64,000 nt of DNA from NCBI GenBank assembly GCA_050613775.1, contig JBODTK010000132.1:310001-374000 (forward strand), written 5' to 3'. The position numbers were made by a program, and so were the translations under genes. Positions 1 through 12,481 of the stretch are shown here, piece after piece. Origin of the DNA: Neocallimastix sp. 'constans'. Its lineage: Eukaryota. The notes beneath the pieces are model-generated. The model saw only the letters and a program-made list of their open reading frames with translations. It did no database searches and had not been told where the DNA came from. The first letter of the stretch is position 1, and every line of letters starts with the position of its first letter.

Positions 1-118
1 AAATAAATATCATTATAATTCATATAAAGCCTCATTGCGAAATATAACACACCTGTTAGTTCATCATGTGTTTGAAAATTAACTTTTTTTTTTTTTTTTT
101 AATTCATTAAATAACCTT

Positions 119-157
<39 letters not shown>

Positions 158-1343
158 ATTAAATAACCTTATTTTTTTTTTTTTAGTAAAGTTTAAATTT
201 AATAATAATTATATGAAATAAAATAAAAAATTTTTATTTTTAAGTAGTAAATTTTTTATTTGTTTGTGAAGTTAAATTTAATAATAATTTTGTAAATTAA
301 TATTACAAACCTATTTTATTAAAATAAAATTACAAACATATTTTTTTTAAAATGCAATATTTCATAAAAATAATGTGAAATAAAATAAATATTGAGATAA
401 ATATAATAAAATAAAATAAAATTAAAAAATTCATTAAATACTAATTTAATATTTCATTTTATTAATTTGATAATTTGACAATCTATTCTCTGTTGTATAA
501 ATATCCTAATAAATAAATATTTAAAATCATTAAATCATTAATCATTTATCTATCTAAACTTTATGCATTATTTTTTTTTTTTTTTTAACAACCGTAGCAG
601 GATTTCTCCTCAGCTGCACATCCATAGACACACAATGGTTTGCAATATTATTGATATTAAAATAAAATAGATATTGTATTATTAAATATAATATACATTA
701 TAAAATTAAATTTTACATCTCCATTTCTAAGTAGAAAAAGTAGATTATAATTAATTACAACTATTATATTTTTCTTTTCTTTTTGCAAAATTAACATAAA
801 AATATAGTTAAATTTAATATGTAATGGTAATTATTGTATCAAATATAGTTATTCAAATCTAAAATATTCATAAAAAAAGATTTACTATGAAATTCAATTC
901 ATAATTATTAGAAAAAAATTTTAACCTTTATGATTATCAAATAAAAAATAATGTAGCTATAATTAATAAATATAAAATAGCATAATTATAATTAATAAAT
1001 ATAATAATTTATTATTATTATTATTATTTATGTATCTTTTATTTATATCATGTATTAAATATATTAAGATATTGTTAAATGTTAAATAATAATATATAAT
1101 ATATACTAATGTTTAATTTCTATTTTAGATTATCAGTACTTTTATATATATATAAAAAAAAATATATATATATATATATATAAATTCAATTTTAAAGAAA
1201 TACTGGAAATTTTGATTATAATTCTAATCTATAAGTTTAACTATTAAAACTATTATTTTAAATAAACAGTTTTTTTATTACTTTAAAAAAGTTTTAATTG
1301 CATTTTTTTTAATAATTAATATTAAATTTTTATAATAATATGC

Positions 1344-1376
<33 letters not shown>

Positions 1377-4300
1377 TAATAATAATAGTAAAAATAACAA
1401 AATTTAAATAAAACAGAATTAAACTATAAATAAATATTCTAAATGTTTACATGATCTAGTGATATTTATAAAGTTCAACCATTATTTAATTGAATACTTA
1501 ATTATTATTATTTTTTTTAATAATTTTCAATTAAATAGAATATTAAAACTCTTCAAATGATAAAAATTTAAAAAATCATTTTTTTTCCAAATTTTAATTA
1601 TATACATAATACAGTCAATTTTTAATATGGTCTTTTTTTTAAAAAAGTTAAAATTAACAATTAATAGCTACCATTTTATAAATATAACTAAACACTTAAA
1701 TTATTTTAAAACTTATATTATAAATAATTAGATATTTTATTTAGTAAATTAAAAATGAGTAAACATAAAAAACTCTCTAAAATATTTGAATGTTTAATAA
1801 GAAAATTAAATACATATAGTATTATCATCTATCATTATATCATAATTATTATTACTATTATTTAAAATCTTTTTAAAACATAAAGTCATAACAATTTGAA
1901 GATAATCCTATTAATAATAAATGTCGTATAATTTTTTATCAATTCACTTTATATTCATAATATAGAAATACATTCAAAAATAGTAAGATTTAGGTATGAA
2001 TAAAAACAGTTGTAATTCTTTTTAATAAATCATAGTTTAAATTTTTTTTAATTAAACTCTTGATATTTTAACATTTTATTATAAATTATTATTACAATGA
2101 TTTATTTATTTATTTATTTATTATAAATTTTATAAAAATTAATTTATAATAGATAACTAAAGTTTCAACTTTATAGAATTACGTAATAATATAATTTTAC
2201 CAATAAATAAAATTTATTAAAATTATATTCATTAAATAATAAATTTATTATTTTTAAATTTTATTCATTCTGAAATTAATAAAAGTACATAATATTTTAC
2301 CATAAATTATTCTTATTTTTGTTAAACTTTAATTTATTTTCATTTAAAGTTTTTTATTTTTAAATAAAAATTTTCATTAGTGCTAAATTTATTAAACTAT
2401 TATAAACCTGCTAATTTATAAAGAAATTTAATTATAAATTATTATTACAATGATTTATTTATTTATTTATTTAATAAAAATATATGATTTATAATAGTTT
2501 CATAAAAATACTATCCAATATTTATTTTCATATATAATATATATATATATTTAACTACTATAAATAGATTTATCTTTAAATTTTTAAATTTACAAAAATA
2601 AATAATATATATAATTTTAAAAATTTAATGTGATAATCAGTAATTATTAGTTATATCATTAAAATTTAGTATTAATTTTTAAACTTTATTGTATTATTAC
2701 CAAAATCTTATTAAACAATATTAAATATACATTATGCATATGTAGATTTATCTTAAAATAATGAAAATAAGTTATATGTACTTTTTTTCGTTGTATATAT
2801 GCTTAATATTTAATTATTTAATTATTTAATTATTTATTATTTATTATTTATTAATTTATTATTTATTATTTATTTATATTTATTTATATTTATTTATTAT
2901 TTGCTTATTATTTATTATTTTATTATTTAATTATTTATTACTATTATTTATTATTTAATTATTTATTACTATTATTTAATTATTTATTATTTATTATTTA
3001 TTATTTAATTATTTATTATTTAATTATTTATTTATTATTTATTATTTAGAATAATATAATATTTTTTTTCTCCACAAATGAATGTATCAATAAAAAATTT
3101 TTATTTATTATTACACCCTTTTTCGCAATATATATTTAACAATAATTGTTTTAATAAGTTGTTGTACAAATTTAATGTACATATTTATTCATTTGTTGTT
3201 TCTTTTGGTAAACAATCTTTATTTTTATGATATGATTGGTGGATCATAATTAAAAAATGAATCTATTTATTTTTATTAATTAATTTAAAACATGTTATTC
3301 TATATTAAAAATAATATATTAAAAAAATTGATGAAATGTATACATAATGTAGTATGATGTAAAGACACAAAGTATATTAATTGTGAAATAAAACATTTTT
3401 TGTATAATTATTATTTTCATAGGAGAACAATAATGAAAAATTATAAATAGAAAACAATAACATATTAATATGAATAATTATAAAATATATTTAAATTTAA
3501 AATTATATTTTTCAATATACAAATTTTTTTAGAGCATTAATGTTAATTAACTTTAATATGAAAAAAGAATTAAAAAAAAAAAAAAGATGAATCATTGGTT
3601 AATACGTTTTTTTTACTTAAACAAATAAAAGTTAGGCTAGGTTGCGCAAAGAATATAGGCTAATATAGAATTATCTAGGTAATCTAGTAATCTAAACTAC
3701 TTAAAAAAAAATTTTATTATTTAATAATATATTAATTATTTTTTATTTTTAACTTTATTTTTCGGATAAATTTACCGATATTTTATATATTAAATTAAAA
3801 ATCAATATTTGTTTTGGTCATGTGATTTCAAAAGGATTTGTTCTTTTAAATTATTTGAAATAGTAAAGTGATACATAGCAAAAAATGAATATAGAAAATG
3901 CAAAAAGACTTCACATTATTTTTATTATTCCTCAATATATTGTTCCTCTGTAAAAAATAAAATTTAAACAAATTATTTATATAATTCCCTTATAAAAAAA
4001 TAATTAACAAACACTCATATTATTTCTATTGTTTTTCAAGAAATATAAACTTGATTAAAAATACTCAAATAAATATTCGATTGTATTATTGAAAAATTGA
4101 CTGAATAAAAGAGTTATATTATTATATTATTACAATTTTATATTTATAAATATTTTACATTCATTATATTATCAAAATAAAAATAAAAATAAAAATAAAA
4201 ATTGAAAGTTAAAAATAAGTTTTATTATTGAAATAAAAAACTATTATTTAGAATTTATTGTTAATTTCCTTTTTTTTTTTTTTTTTTTTTATTATTATTA

Positions 4301-6961
4301 TTATTTTATTTATAGTTTACTTTTTAAAGTTTTATATTTCATAATTATAAATATTTATGAAAAGTGAAATAGTAAGATAATAAATCATTCTTATAAATTT
4401 TAAATTTAGAGTTTTAGTAATATATTAATCTTTTTTTTTTTTTTTTTTTGACAATAATTTATAAATTTCAAATATCATTGAGATGAATATTCTTGCTTTC
4501 TATAACTTTTTTTTTTTTTTTTTTTGCTATCTTTTATTTGTACTAGTGATAATTATTTATTTATATTTTTCTATTATTGATATTGATTTCTCTACTACCT
4601 AAGAATTTGTTGTTTTTAGTAGAATATTCAGATAAACAATTTTCTGTTCTTTTTTATTGATATTACTATATATATAATATAATTTTTTTCTTATAAAATA
4701 GAATTTATTATTTTATTCTATTTAAAATTCGGTTTAAAATTAAAAACAAAAAAAAGAAGTTATTTCTATATATTAATATAGAAATATTATTTTATTTAAA
4801 TTTTTACCAACTATATAATAATTATGTTTATATTATATATTATTAATATATTATTATTATATATAATGTAAATTGAATTATGATTAACAGAAATTAAAAA
4901 AAAGTTTTAGTATTTATTTTAGAATTTAAGAAGTATTGAAATAAAAAAGCCTAAATATATTATAATTAATTATTATATATAGAACTTTAAATTTCTATTC
5001 ATCCTGAATTAATTTAAATTAAATATATATTAATATATTACACAATATATACAATATATATATAAGAATTAATTTTTTTGAAAATAATATAAAATTAAAT
5101 TATATTCATTTTTTAAGTATATTATATATTAATATATTGAAAATAAAAAAATAACTAAAAATTTAATATTTTTTAAAATAATTAAACTTAATACAAAACT
5201 ATAATATATATTGCAATATAAACAAATAAAATAAATAATTATATTTATTAGAATGAAAATTTAATAAATAGAATTGAAATATATATTATGTAAAAGGGTT
5301 TTAATATATTATAATACATAATAATTTTTAATATTATTAACATTAAATAAACATTAATTAATAATTAACATAATAATTAAAGTAGGATAATATTATAATA
5401 AACTCTGTTATTATTATCATATTTACTATTATATATTATTAAGTATTATTATTTACTATTATAAATTTAATACATTTTAATACTATTTATTATTTAAAAA
5501 AGAAATTAATTATTAGAAATATTTTGAGCTATTATTAATAATAATTTGTAATTAATAAAATTTAAAAATTATGAAAATAACAGGAAATATTAAATATTAT
5601 ATAATATATAATAAAATTAATTATTAATATTTATTTTAAACAACTTAATAATTTATAATATGAGAATATTTTTTAAAAATATAAATATAAATAAAAAAAA
5701 AAAATTTATTAATATATATATATTTTTATTTACTTACTGAATTCTCCTTTATTCTTTAAATCTTTAAAGAAAATTTTAAAAAATAAAAATTTAATCAAAA
5801 TTTGTTGTTAATAATAAATATATATAAAATATTATATATATTGTGTATAAATAATATAAAAATATTAATATATAATAAAGAAGTGAACATATTATTTAAA
5901 AAATATTTTATTAATAAAAATATTTTAATAGTAATAATATAATAAATAAATAATTTTTAATAAAAATTATAGAACTATAGTTTTATACCAAATTGAATTT
6001 GTTAAAAATCTGAAAAGTTTATTAATAAATATTAAGGCATCTAATTTAAACGATAATTATTTTATTTTAATATTGTAAATCAGTTATTATTTTTCAATAC
6101 TAAAACTAAAAAATTCGAAAAATAAGATTAATTAATAGTTAAAAAAAAATAAAAAAAGCGAAATAATTATAAAATAATTAACAGTAATATTTCTAAACAT
6201 TGAAAAAAAAAGAAAAATTAAAGACCGAAAATATAATTATTAATAATAACATAGTATTTTGAAATATAATTATTTATTTTTATAAATAATATTAAATATA
6301 TAAAATATATTTTTATTTAATAGATTCTATAAAAGAAATCAAATAATCAAAAGTTTATTAATTTTCTTTAATCACATCATGGAAAATTTTGTTTTAAAAG
6401 CTGGTTATAATTGTTGTGTCTTTGTTTTTAACATATATTATTTTTTTAAACAACTTTAAAATATAATTTTAAGTAGTAATTATAATATTAGATAGTTTTA
6501 TTAATTTTTAAATTAAAAAAAAAAAAAAAGAAAATAGAAAAATAAAGGTATAAAAGAAAAATTAATAATTTTCTTTTCCTTTAATATTTTTTTTATATAA
6601 GAAAATCAATATAGTAATATAACTAAGTTCGCTTTTATAAAGAACTTAGAGTTTAAATAGTTTATGTTTTTAATTAATACAAATATAATATTATGAAATA
6701 ATAAATACTATATTAGTTAATTAATATATAGTATTAGAAAAGAAAAAAAAATATTTACTAAAATATAGAAAAATTAGTTAATATTGTTAATAATATTAAA
6801 TATATAATTATTTATGAATAATTATATGTTTTTTTTTATTAACAAAACTAATAAAATAGTATTTAGAAATAGTTAACTTTTGAAGTTCAAATTATATTTT
6901 TCTCAATAAAACAAAAAAAAAAAAATATAGAATATATATTAAAATTTTAAGATACTTAAAA

Positions 6962-9900
6962 ATGGAAAAAGGACAAGTTGATACAGCTATTAAGCAAATA
7001 GATGAATCTGTTAATAAAACAATGGATGAAAGTGAAGGTTTAATTACTATTGTATTACCAACTTTAGTAATAATATTATTATTAAAGAAATTGTTAAAAT
7101 ATGGTAATGTAAATGAAAAAGATATAATAGGTGATAAAAACAATAAATTATCAGAAAAAGAAACAAAAGAAAATGTTATTTTAAAGCCTTGTAGACTTTA
7201 TGAAGCCATATGCGAGGCGGCTTATTCATCTTTATCAGAAATAGATAATCATAAAAAAGATTCTTTACCAATAATTATAAACAAACATTGTTCTCGTATA
7301 CCAGGTCATAAACATAGCCATATTCAATCTTTTTTCTCTTTATATAATAATTTAGGGTTAAATTATATAAAACATTTTATAAATTGTACTATTGTAAAAT
7401 TTACTCCAATTTCTTATACAATAGCAAGTAGAAAAGAAATGGAATATTATAAGAAGAGAGTTGTTGATGAAGAACATAGAAATGAAAATTTACAAAAACA
7501 ACTCAATTTTTTAGATTTAAAATATCGTAAGCTTCAAGAGCAATTGGAGTATGAAAGAAATGCACGCGAAATTTATGAAAAATGTCATAAAGATTCAAAG
7601 GAAAAGCTTGAAGTTAAGGTTAATGAATTAGAAGATGTTAATGAGTCATTAAAACTTAGACTTGAAGATTCTAAGAAAGAAAAGTCTTTGATAAATCAAG
7701 GTTGTCTTTTTAGTGATGAAGAAGATGACGAAGATTATCAAATATCATGTAATAACAATTTTGTCTTTAAGAGACAGGAAGAACAACGTCAAAATGAAGA
7801 GGAAGCAAATAAATTACTGAGTGATTTAGATCAAAGGGGCATGGATGATTTCATTTTAAAAATTCAAAAGGGAAAATATAAATTCAGAGATGTTGCGCCA
7901 TTTTTATTAAACCAAATGTTTATTGGTGATTTAGATGCTGTACAAGTATCTATTGAATTAGATCAATTTGTAAAGCAATGCAAAGCTAAAAAGAAGGAGG
8001 TTCTTTGTGCTATTGTTGAAGTAATATGTAATTTAATTGAAAAAAGAAAACAAAAGAAAATTCATATTTGTGCTTTAGAAGTCATTCAAAAATATGTAGC
8101 TTTATTCCAGGAATACCTTGGTAATTCTAAAAAGGATAAAATACATTTTTTAAATACTATATATTGTCATTGTAAAACTATAAATACTATTAAAAATGTT
8201 TTTGTGAATATTGTTGAAAAGCTTTATAAACTAAATATATTAGATGAAGATACAATTTTAAGTTGGTATGGCTTACATAGTAAGGATAAAATGAAAGGAA
8301 TTATAGATAATGAAGTTTTTGAAGGGTTCATTGAAAATTTAAAGATAGAGTTATTAAAGAAAAGTATGCTTGTTAAAAAAGAGTATGATAATTATTACGA
8401 CTATAATGATAGTGGATTTTGTAGTGATGAAGAAGATTTTAATGTGGAAATTGCACCAGAAAATTATCTTGTAGTGTCAGAAAATACGGAAGATGATACT
8501 TACGGACAAGATCATTCATATTATGAACCATGGGAAATAATCGAAAGACAAAACATACCATGTCATTGTTGCTATTGTAATGGTAAACATATTAAACTTT
8601 ATGATTCATCAATACTTAAAGAGAAGAGCCATGTTCGTTTTAAAGAACCAAATGTTCCATCCAACCATATATTAATCCAAAGATCTAGTCAAAAAAGTGT
8701 AGTTTTTGATAATGAGGAAGAAATTGTAGTAGGTTCATATGTCGATAAGTCAGAGAGTAAATTTGGATGTTGTCTACTTGATATTGTAAAAGAAGAATCT
8801 GATGAAGAAGAAAGTGATAGCTTTATTATCCAGGATATTCACGGAGAACATATATTCTCAAGAAATCAAAAATTCTTAGATGAAGAAGATTACTGTAATA
8901 ATGAAAGTGATCAAAGTTATGCATCAAGTATTTCTATGAATTCAATAGAAAGTCAAGAGCTTCATTTAAATGAAGAGGAAAAGCATACATATCAAAATTT
9001 AAATAATTGTTGCGATTATATTGATCATTCCGATATATCTGAAAGTCAACATTATTGTTCAGTTGGAGATAATGAAAATATTAAAACAAAGTATAATGAA
9101 AATTCCGTCATTGAACAAGAAGAAGAAGAGATCATTGAAGAAGTTGAAGAATACTGCATCCTTAAAGAAGGGGAAAGTGAAGAAGAATATGAAGAAGAAT
9201 ATGAAGAAGAGGAAGAGAATAGAATTGATATTGAAATATATTTTGATAATTCATTAAATTATTCTAAAGAAGATGAAGATAAAAGTGAAGATGAAGAAGA
9301 TGATGAAGATAATGAAGAAGAAGATGAAGAAAATGATAATGATCAAGAAGATGAAGATTTCGAAATATGCTTTGAACAAAATAATGATGACCAAGAGGAC
9401 AGCGATTTAGAAATTTGTTTTGAACAAAATAATGATGACCAAGAGGATAGTGATTTTGAAATTTGTTTTGAGGATAATAAAAAAGAAAACGAAATCAATG
9501 AAGAAGAAAGTGAAATGGAAGAAGAAAATGATGAAAATGATGATGTAGAAAGTGAAGATGATAGTGATTTAGAAAGTGAAGATGAAAGTGAAGATGAAAG
9601 TGAAGATGAAAGTGAAGATGAAAGTGATGAAGATAGTGGAGAAGAAAGTGAAGATGATTGTAGTAGTGAAGAAGAAAGAGAGAAGGAGGACGAAGGAATA
9701 GTAATTGATAATAGAATTTTAGATAAAAGCAGTACTAGTGATAATGGAACTTGTAATTTTATTTCAATTCAAACAAATTATAGAAAAAATGGTGAAAGAA
9801 TGTTTCAATTAAATATAGATTCGGATAATGATGAATCGGAATGCGAATCTGATATAAATCATGAAAACGAAAATGTATTAATTGGACATTCTGATGCTGA

Positions 9901-10684
9901 AACTGAAATTTATTCAGATGAGATTGAGGATGAAGAAAAAACTTACGATTCTGAATCTGATAATGGTTCGGATACGGAATTTGATGAAGAGAAGATAGAA
10001 AGAATTGCAAGCCTTCATACATTTTTTAATACTGAAGATAGTTCATTTAATAAAAATATATCTCCAAAACGGTCATCTTATGAGGAAAGAAGTTCAACAT
10101 ATTCTCCTACTGATTCAGCTATAGTCATTGATAGTAATTCAGATCAAGATAATGATAATCATAAAAGAAGTAAAAGTAATGATATTAATAGTGATATTAA
10201 TGAATTTATATATAATAGTGATATTGATGTAGTACTCTGTTCATCCGATTGTACTATTGAAATATCTGATAATCAAAGTGAAGCTCAGAATTATAATACA
10301 GGTAATAAAGTCAAAATTCAACAAGAAGAAGAAGAAGAAGAAAATAATGTTAATTTATATCCAGATTTAGAGAAGATAAAAGAAGATGGGCAAAAGATTT
10401 ATCGTAACAAAAATTTAAAGAAGAAAATATATTATAAAAATAAGGATTCCAAATATCAAGAATTAATAAAAGATGGATTAAGAGATTATTTCCTTAATGA
10501 ATATGATGATGCATTTTCCAAAAATAATACAACCTATACATACAAATCAGGTATGAAATATTGTCATCCCAAGTTTATTAAGAAATCTATTAGGAATAAA
10601 AAATGTGCAAAAAAATCATCAAAAAAACATTCTATTAAAAATGAAAATTTCTTAAATAAAAGCAGTTTAAGAGATATAAATTAA
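6962..10684 (+). CDS. Intronless 1240-aa protein: N-terminal hydrophobic segment, coiled coil, internal W2 (eIF5-CTD/eIF2B-epsilon/eIF4G-like HEAT) domain, very long D/E-rich tail
   Basis: Uninterrupted 3.7-kb ORF with AAAATG start context. LYKLNILDEDTILSWY (8222-8269) followed by FEGFIENL matches the aromatic/acidic boxes of W2 domains. Heptad-rich segment at about aa 165-240 (ENLQKQLNFLDLKYRKLQEQLEYE). The remainder is acidic low-complexity sequence. Confidence 0.85.
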   Translation: MEKGQVDTAIKQIDESVNKTMDESEGLITIVLPTLVIILLLKKLLKYGNVNEKDIIGDKNNKLSEKETKENVILKPCRLYEAICEAAYSSLSEIDNHKKDSLPIIINKHCSRIPGHKHSHIQSFFSLYNNLGLNYIKHFINCTIVKFTPISYTIASRKEMEYYKKRVVDEEHRNENLQKQLNFLDLKYRKLQEQLEYERNAREIYEKCHKDSKEKLEVKVNELEDVNESLKLRLEDSKKEKSLINQGCLFSDEEDDEDYQISCNNNFVFKRQEEQRQNEEEANKLLSDLDQRGMDDFILKIQKGKYKFRDVAPFLLNQMFIGDLDAVQVSIELDQFVKQCKAKKKEVLCAIVEVICNLIEKRKQKKIHICALEVIQKYVALFQEYLGNSKKDKIHFLNTIYCHCKTINTIKNVFVNIVEKLYKLNILDEDTILSWYGLHSKDKMKGIIDNEVFEGFIENLKIELLKKSMLVKKEYDNYYDYNDSGFCSDEEDFNVEIAPENYLVVSENTEDDTYGQDHSYYEPWEIIERQNIPCHCCYCNGKHIKLYDSSILKEKSHVRFKEPNVPSNHILIQRSSQKSVVFDNEEEIVVGSYVDKSESKFGCCLLDIVKEESDEEESDSFIIQDIHGEHIFSRNQKFLDEEDYCNNESDQSYASSISMNSIESQELHLNEEEKHTYQNLNNCCDYIDHSDISESQHYCSVGDNENIKTKYNENSVIEQEEEEIIEEVEEYCILKEGESEEEYEEEYEEEEENRIDIEIYFDNSLNYSKEDEDKSEDEEDDEDNEEEDEENDNDQEDEDFEICFEQNNDDQEDSDLEICFEQNNDDQEDSDFEICFEDNKKENEINEEESEMEEENDENDDVESEDDSDLESEDESEDESEDESEDESDEDSGEESEDDCSSEEEREKEDEGIVIDNRILDKSSTSDNGTCNFISIQTNYRKNGERMFQLNIDSDNDESECESDINHENENVLIGHSDAETEIYSDEIEDEEKTYDSESDNGSDTEFDEEKIERIASLHTFFNTEDSSFNKNISPKRSSYEERSSTYSPTDSAIVIDSNSDQDNDNHKRSKSNDINSDINEFIYNSDIDVVLCSSDCTIEISDNQSEAQNYNTGNKVKIQQEEEEEENNVNLYPDLEKIKEDGQKIYRNKNLKKKIYYKNKDSKYQELIKDGLRDYFLNEYDDAFSKNNTTYTYKSGMKYCHPKFIKKSIRNKKCAKKSSKKHSIKNENFLNKSSLRDIN

Positions 10685-10788
10685 GATATTTTTTTTGCCT
10701 ATAAAAAAAATAAAAAAAAACTAAAAAAAAAATTTCATATTTATTTTATGATTATTATTTATACTTTAATAATTTATTTAAAAACAAA

Positions 10789-10824
<36 letters not shown>

Positions 10825-11017
10825 GCCAATCCATGAACATCAATTAACAAAACCTTTAAATTGTTAACAAAAATATTCATTAATAATCCAACATAAATTA
10901 ATATTAATGGGATATATCTTTTTAATTAATTTTATTTCGATTTCTTTATATTATTTAATTTTTATAATTTGAAGTACTTCTTAATTTTATTTTTTTTTTT
11001 TTATCTTCAAACCAAAC

Positions 11018-11060
<43 letters not shown>

Positions 11061-11745
11061 TATAAAATCAAATGGAGATCTTAATATAAATATAGTAAAT
11101 TATTTAAGTTTTTAATTAATTTAAAATTCAAGAAAAAAAAAAAAAAAAAAAAAAAAACGAAATATAAAAGTATTTTTATGTGTATTAGCTTTTTATATTT
11201 TTTTTTAATCATTTTTATTAAAAATATATTTTATATTTTTTTATTTAAAGATCCTTTTTAAATTTTTTTTATACATATTATTAAAAACTGGATTATTTAA
11301 AATTAATTATATAAACAAAAAATAAAAAGGTATATAAAAATTTAATAAAATATAAAAAAAAAAAAGCATCTATTTATGCTTTTTATTTATTTATTTATTA
11401 ATTTATACTTTTATTTATAAATTATTTAATTTTATTTTAATATTTATTTTATGAAATATCTATCAATTATACAATTATTATTATGTTTTTATTTTCCCTT
11501 ATGGTGTTCATTGAGGGAAGACCATCTTAAATTTCATGGTAAAGAGGAAGATGGTAAAAATTTTAAACATTGGGCAATGAATATTTTGATAAATTGCTTA
11601 TTGTAATTGTATTTAATCGATATTAATTTTAAAAAATTTTAAGAATTATTAATATGGAAAATTACTTAATTAGCTATAATAAAATGGATTATTTGAAGGC
11701 TATTTTAATGATTACAAAACACTAACCCCTACAATAGCCTTTAAT

Positions 11746-11940
11746 AAAAATAAATAATAAATAATAAATAATAAATAATAAATAATAAATAAATAATAAA
11801 TAATAAATAATAAATAATAAATAATAAATAATAAATAATAAATCATAAATAATAAATAAATAATAAATCATAAATAATAAATAAATAATAAATAATAAAT
11901 AATAAATAATAAATAATAAATAATAAATAATAAATAATAA
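11746..11940. repeat. (AATAAAT)n heptamer microsatellite
   Basis: Near-perfect tandem AATAAAT with occasional AATCATA variants. Confidence 0.9.
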
Positions 11941-12203
11941 AAAACAAAAAAAGTATTTATTAATTAATAATAAATAATAAGATATTTATTATTATAAAAA
12001 TAATAATGATAATAATAATAATAATATATAATTAAATAATAATAAAAATATTAATAATTTATAATTATTATTTTATTATTAATAATATTTTTATTATAAT
12101 TTATTTTATAAATAGATTAAAAATTTTAATCTTAGTAGTGATTTATCTAATCTTCAAGAATTCTGTGATAAATTAAATAAGATAAATAATACATAAATAA
12201 AAT

Positions 12204-12421
12204 AAACGATAAGACAAAGAAGAAATTCTGATACAGATTCTAATATATAATTATAATTTTTATTCTCATAGAGTTATCATCGATGAATGGGAAGAGATAG
12301 AGGCCATTTCATTCTTGAAACTTATAACTTAGTTTTTTTTATTATTAAAAATTTCATGCAATTTTATTTTCACGTATTTTTTTTTTAAAAAAAATAATTA
12401 TTAAACAAAGTTTATTCCTAG

Positions 12422-12480
<59 letters not shown>
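12204..12480 (+). repeat. Dispersed repeat, copy 1 (probable 3' end of a non-LTR element)
   Basis: AAACGATAAGACAAAGAAGAAATTCTGAT...GATGAATGGGAAGAGATAGAGGCCATTTC...ATTTTATTTTCACGTA aligns with 62351-62512. Ends in T-run / short core / long A-run. Confidence 0.75.

Positions 12481-12481
<1 letters not shown>

Noticed and set aside
2076..2475. ~45-bp direct repeat (ATTATAAATTATTATTACAATGATTTATTT), plus similar local duplications at 24186-24298 and 37646-37745
   Set aside because: Real, but low-complexity local duplications with no TE or regulatory hallmarks.
3630..3830. Palindrome TTGCGCAA and an E-box-like GTCATGTGA upstream of the W2 gene
   Set aside because: Single short motifs more than 3 kb from the start codon; cannot be distinguished from chance.
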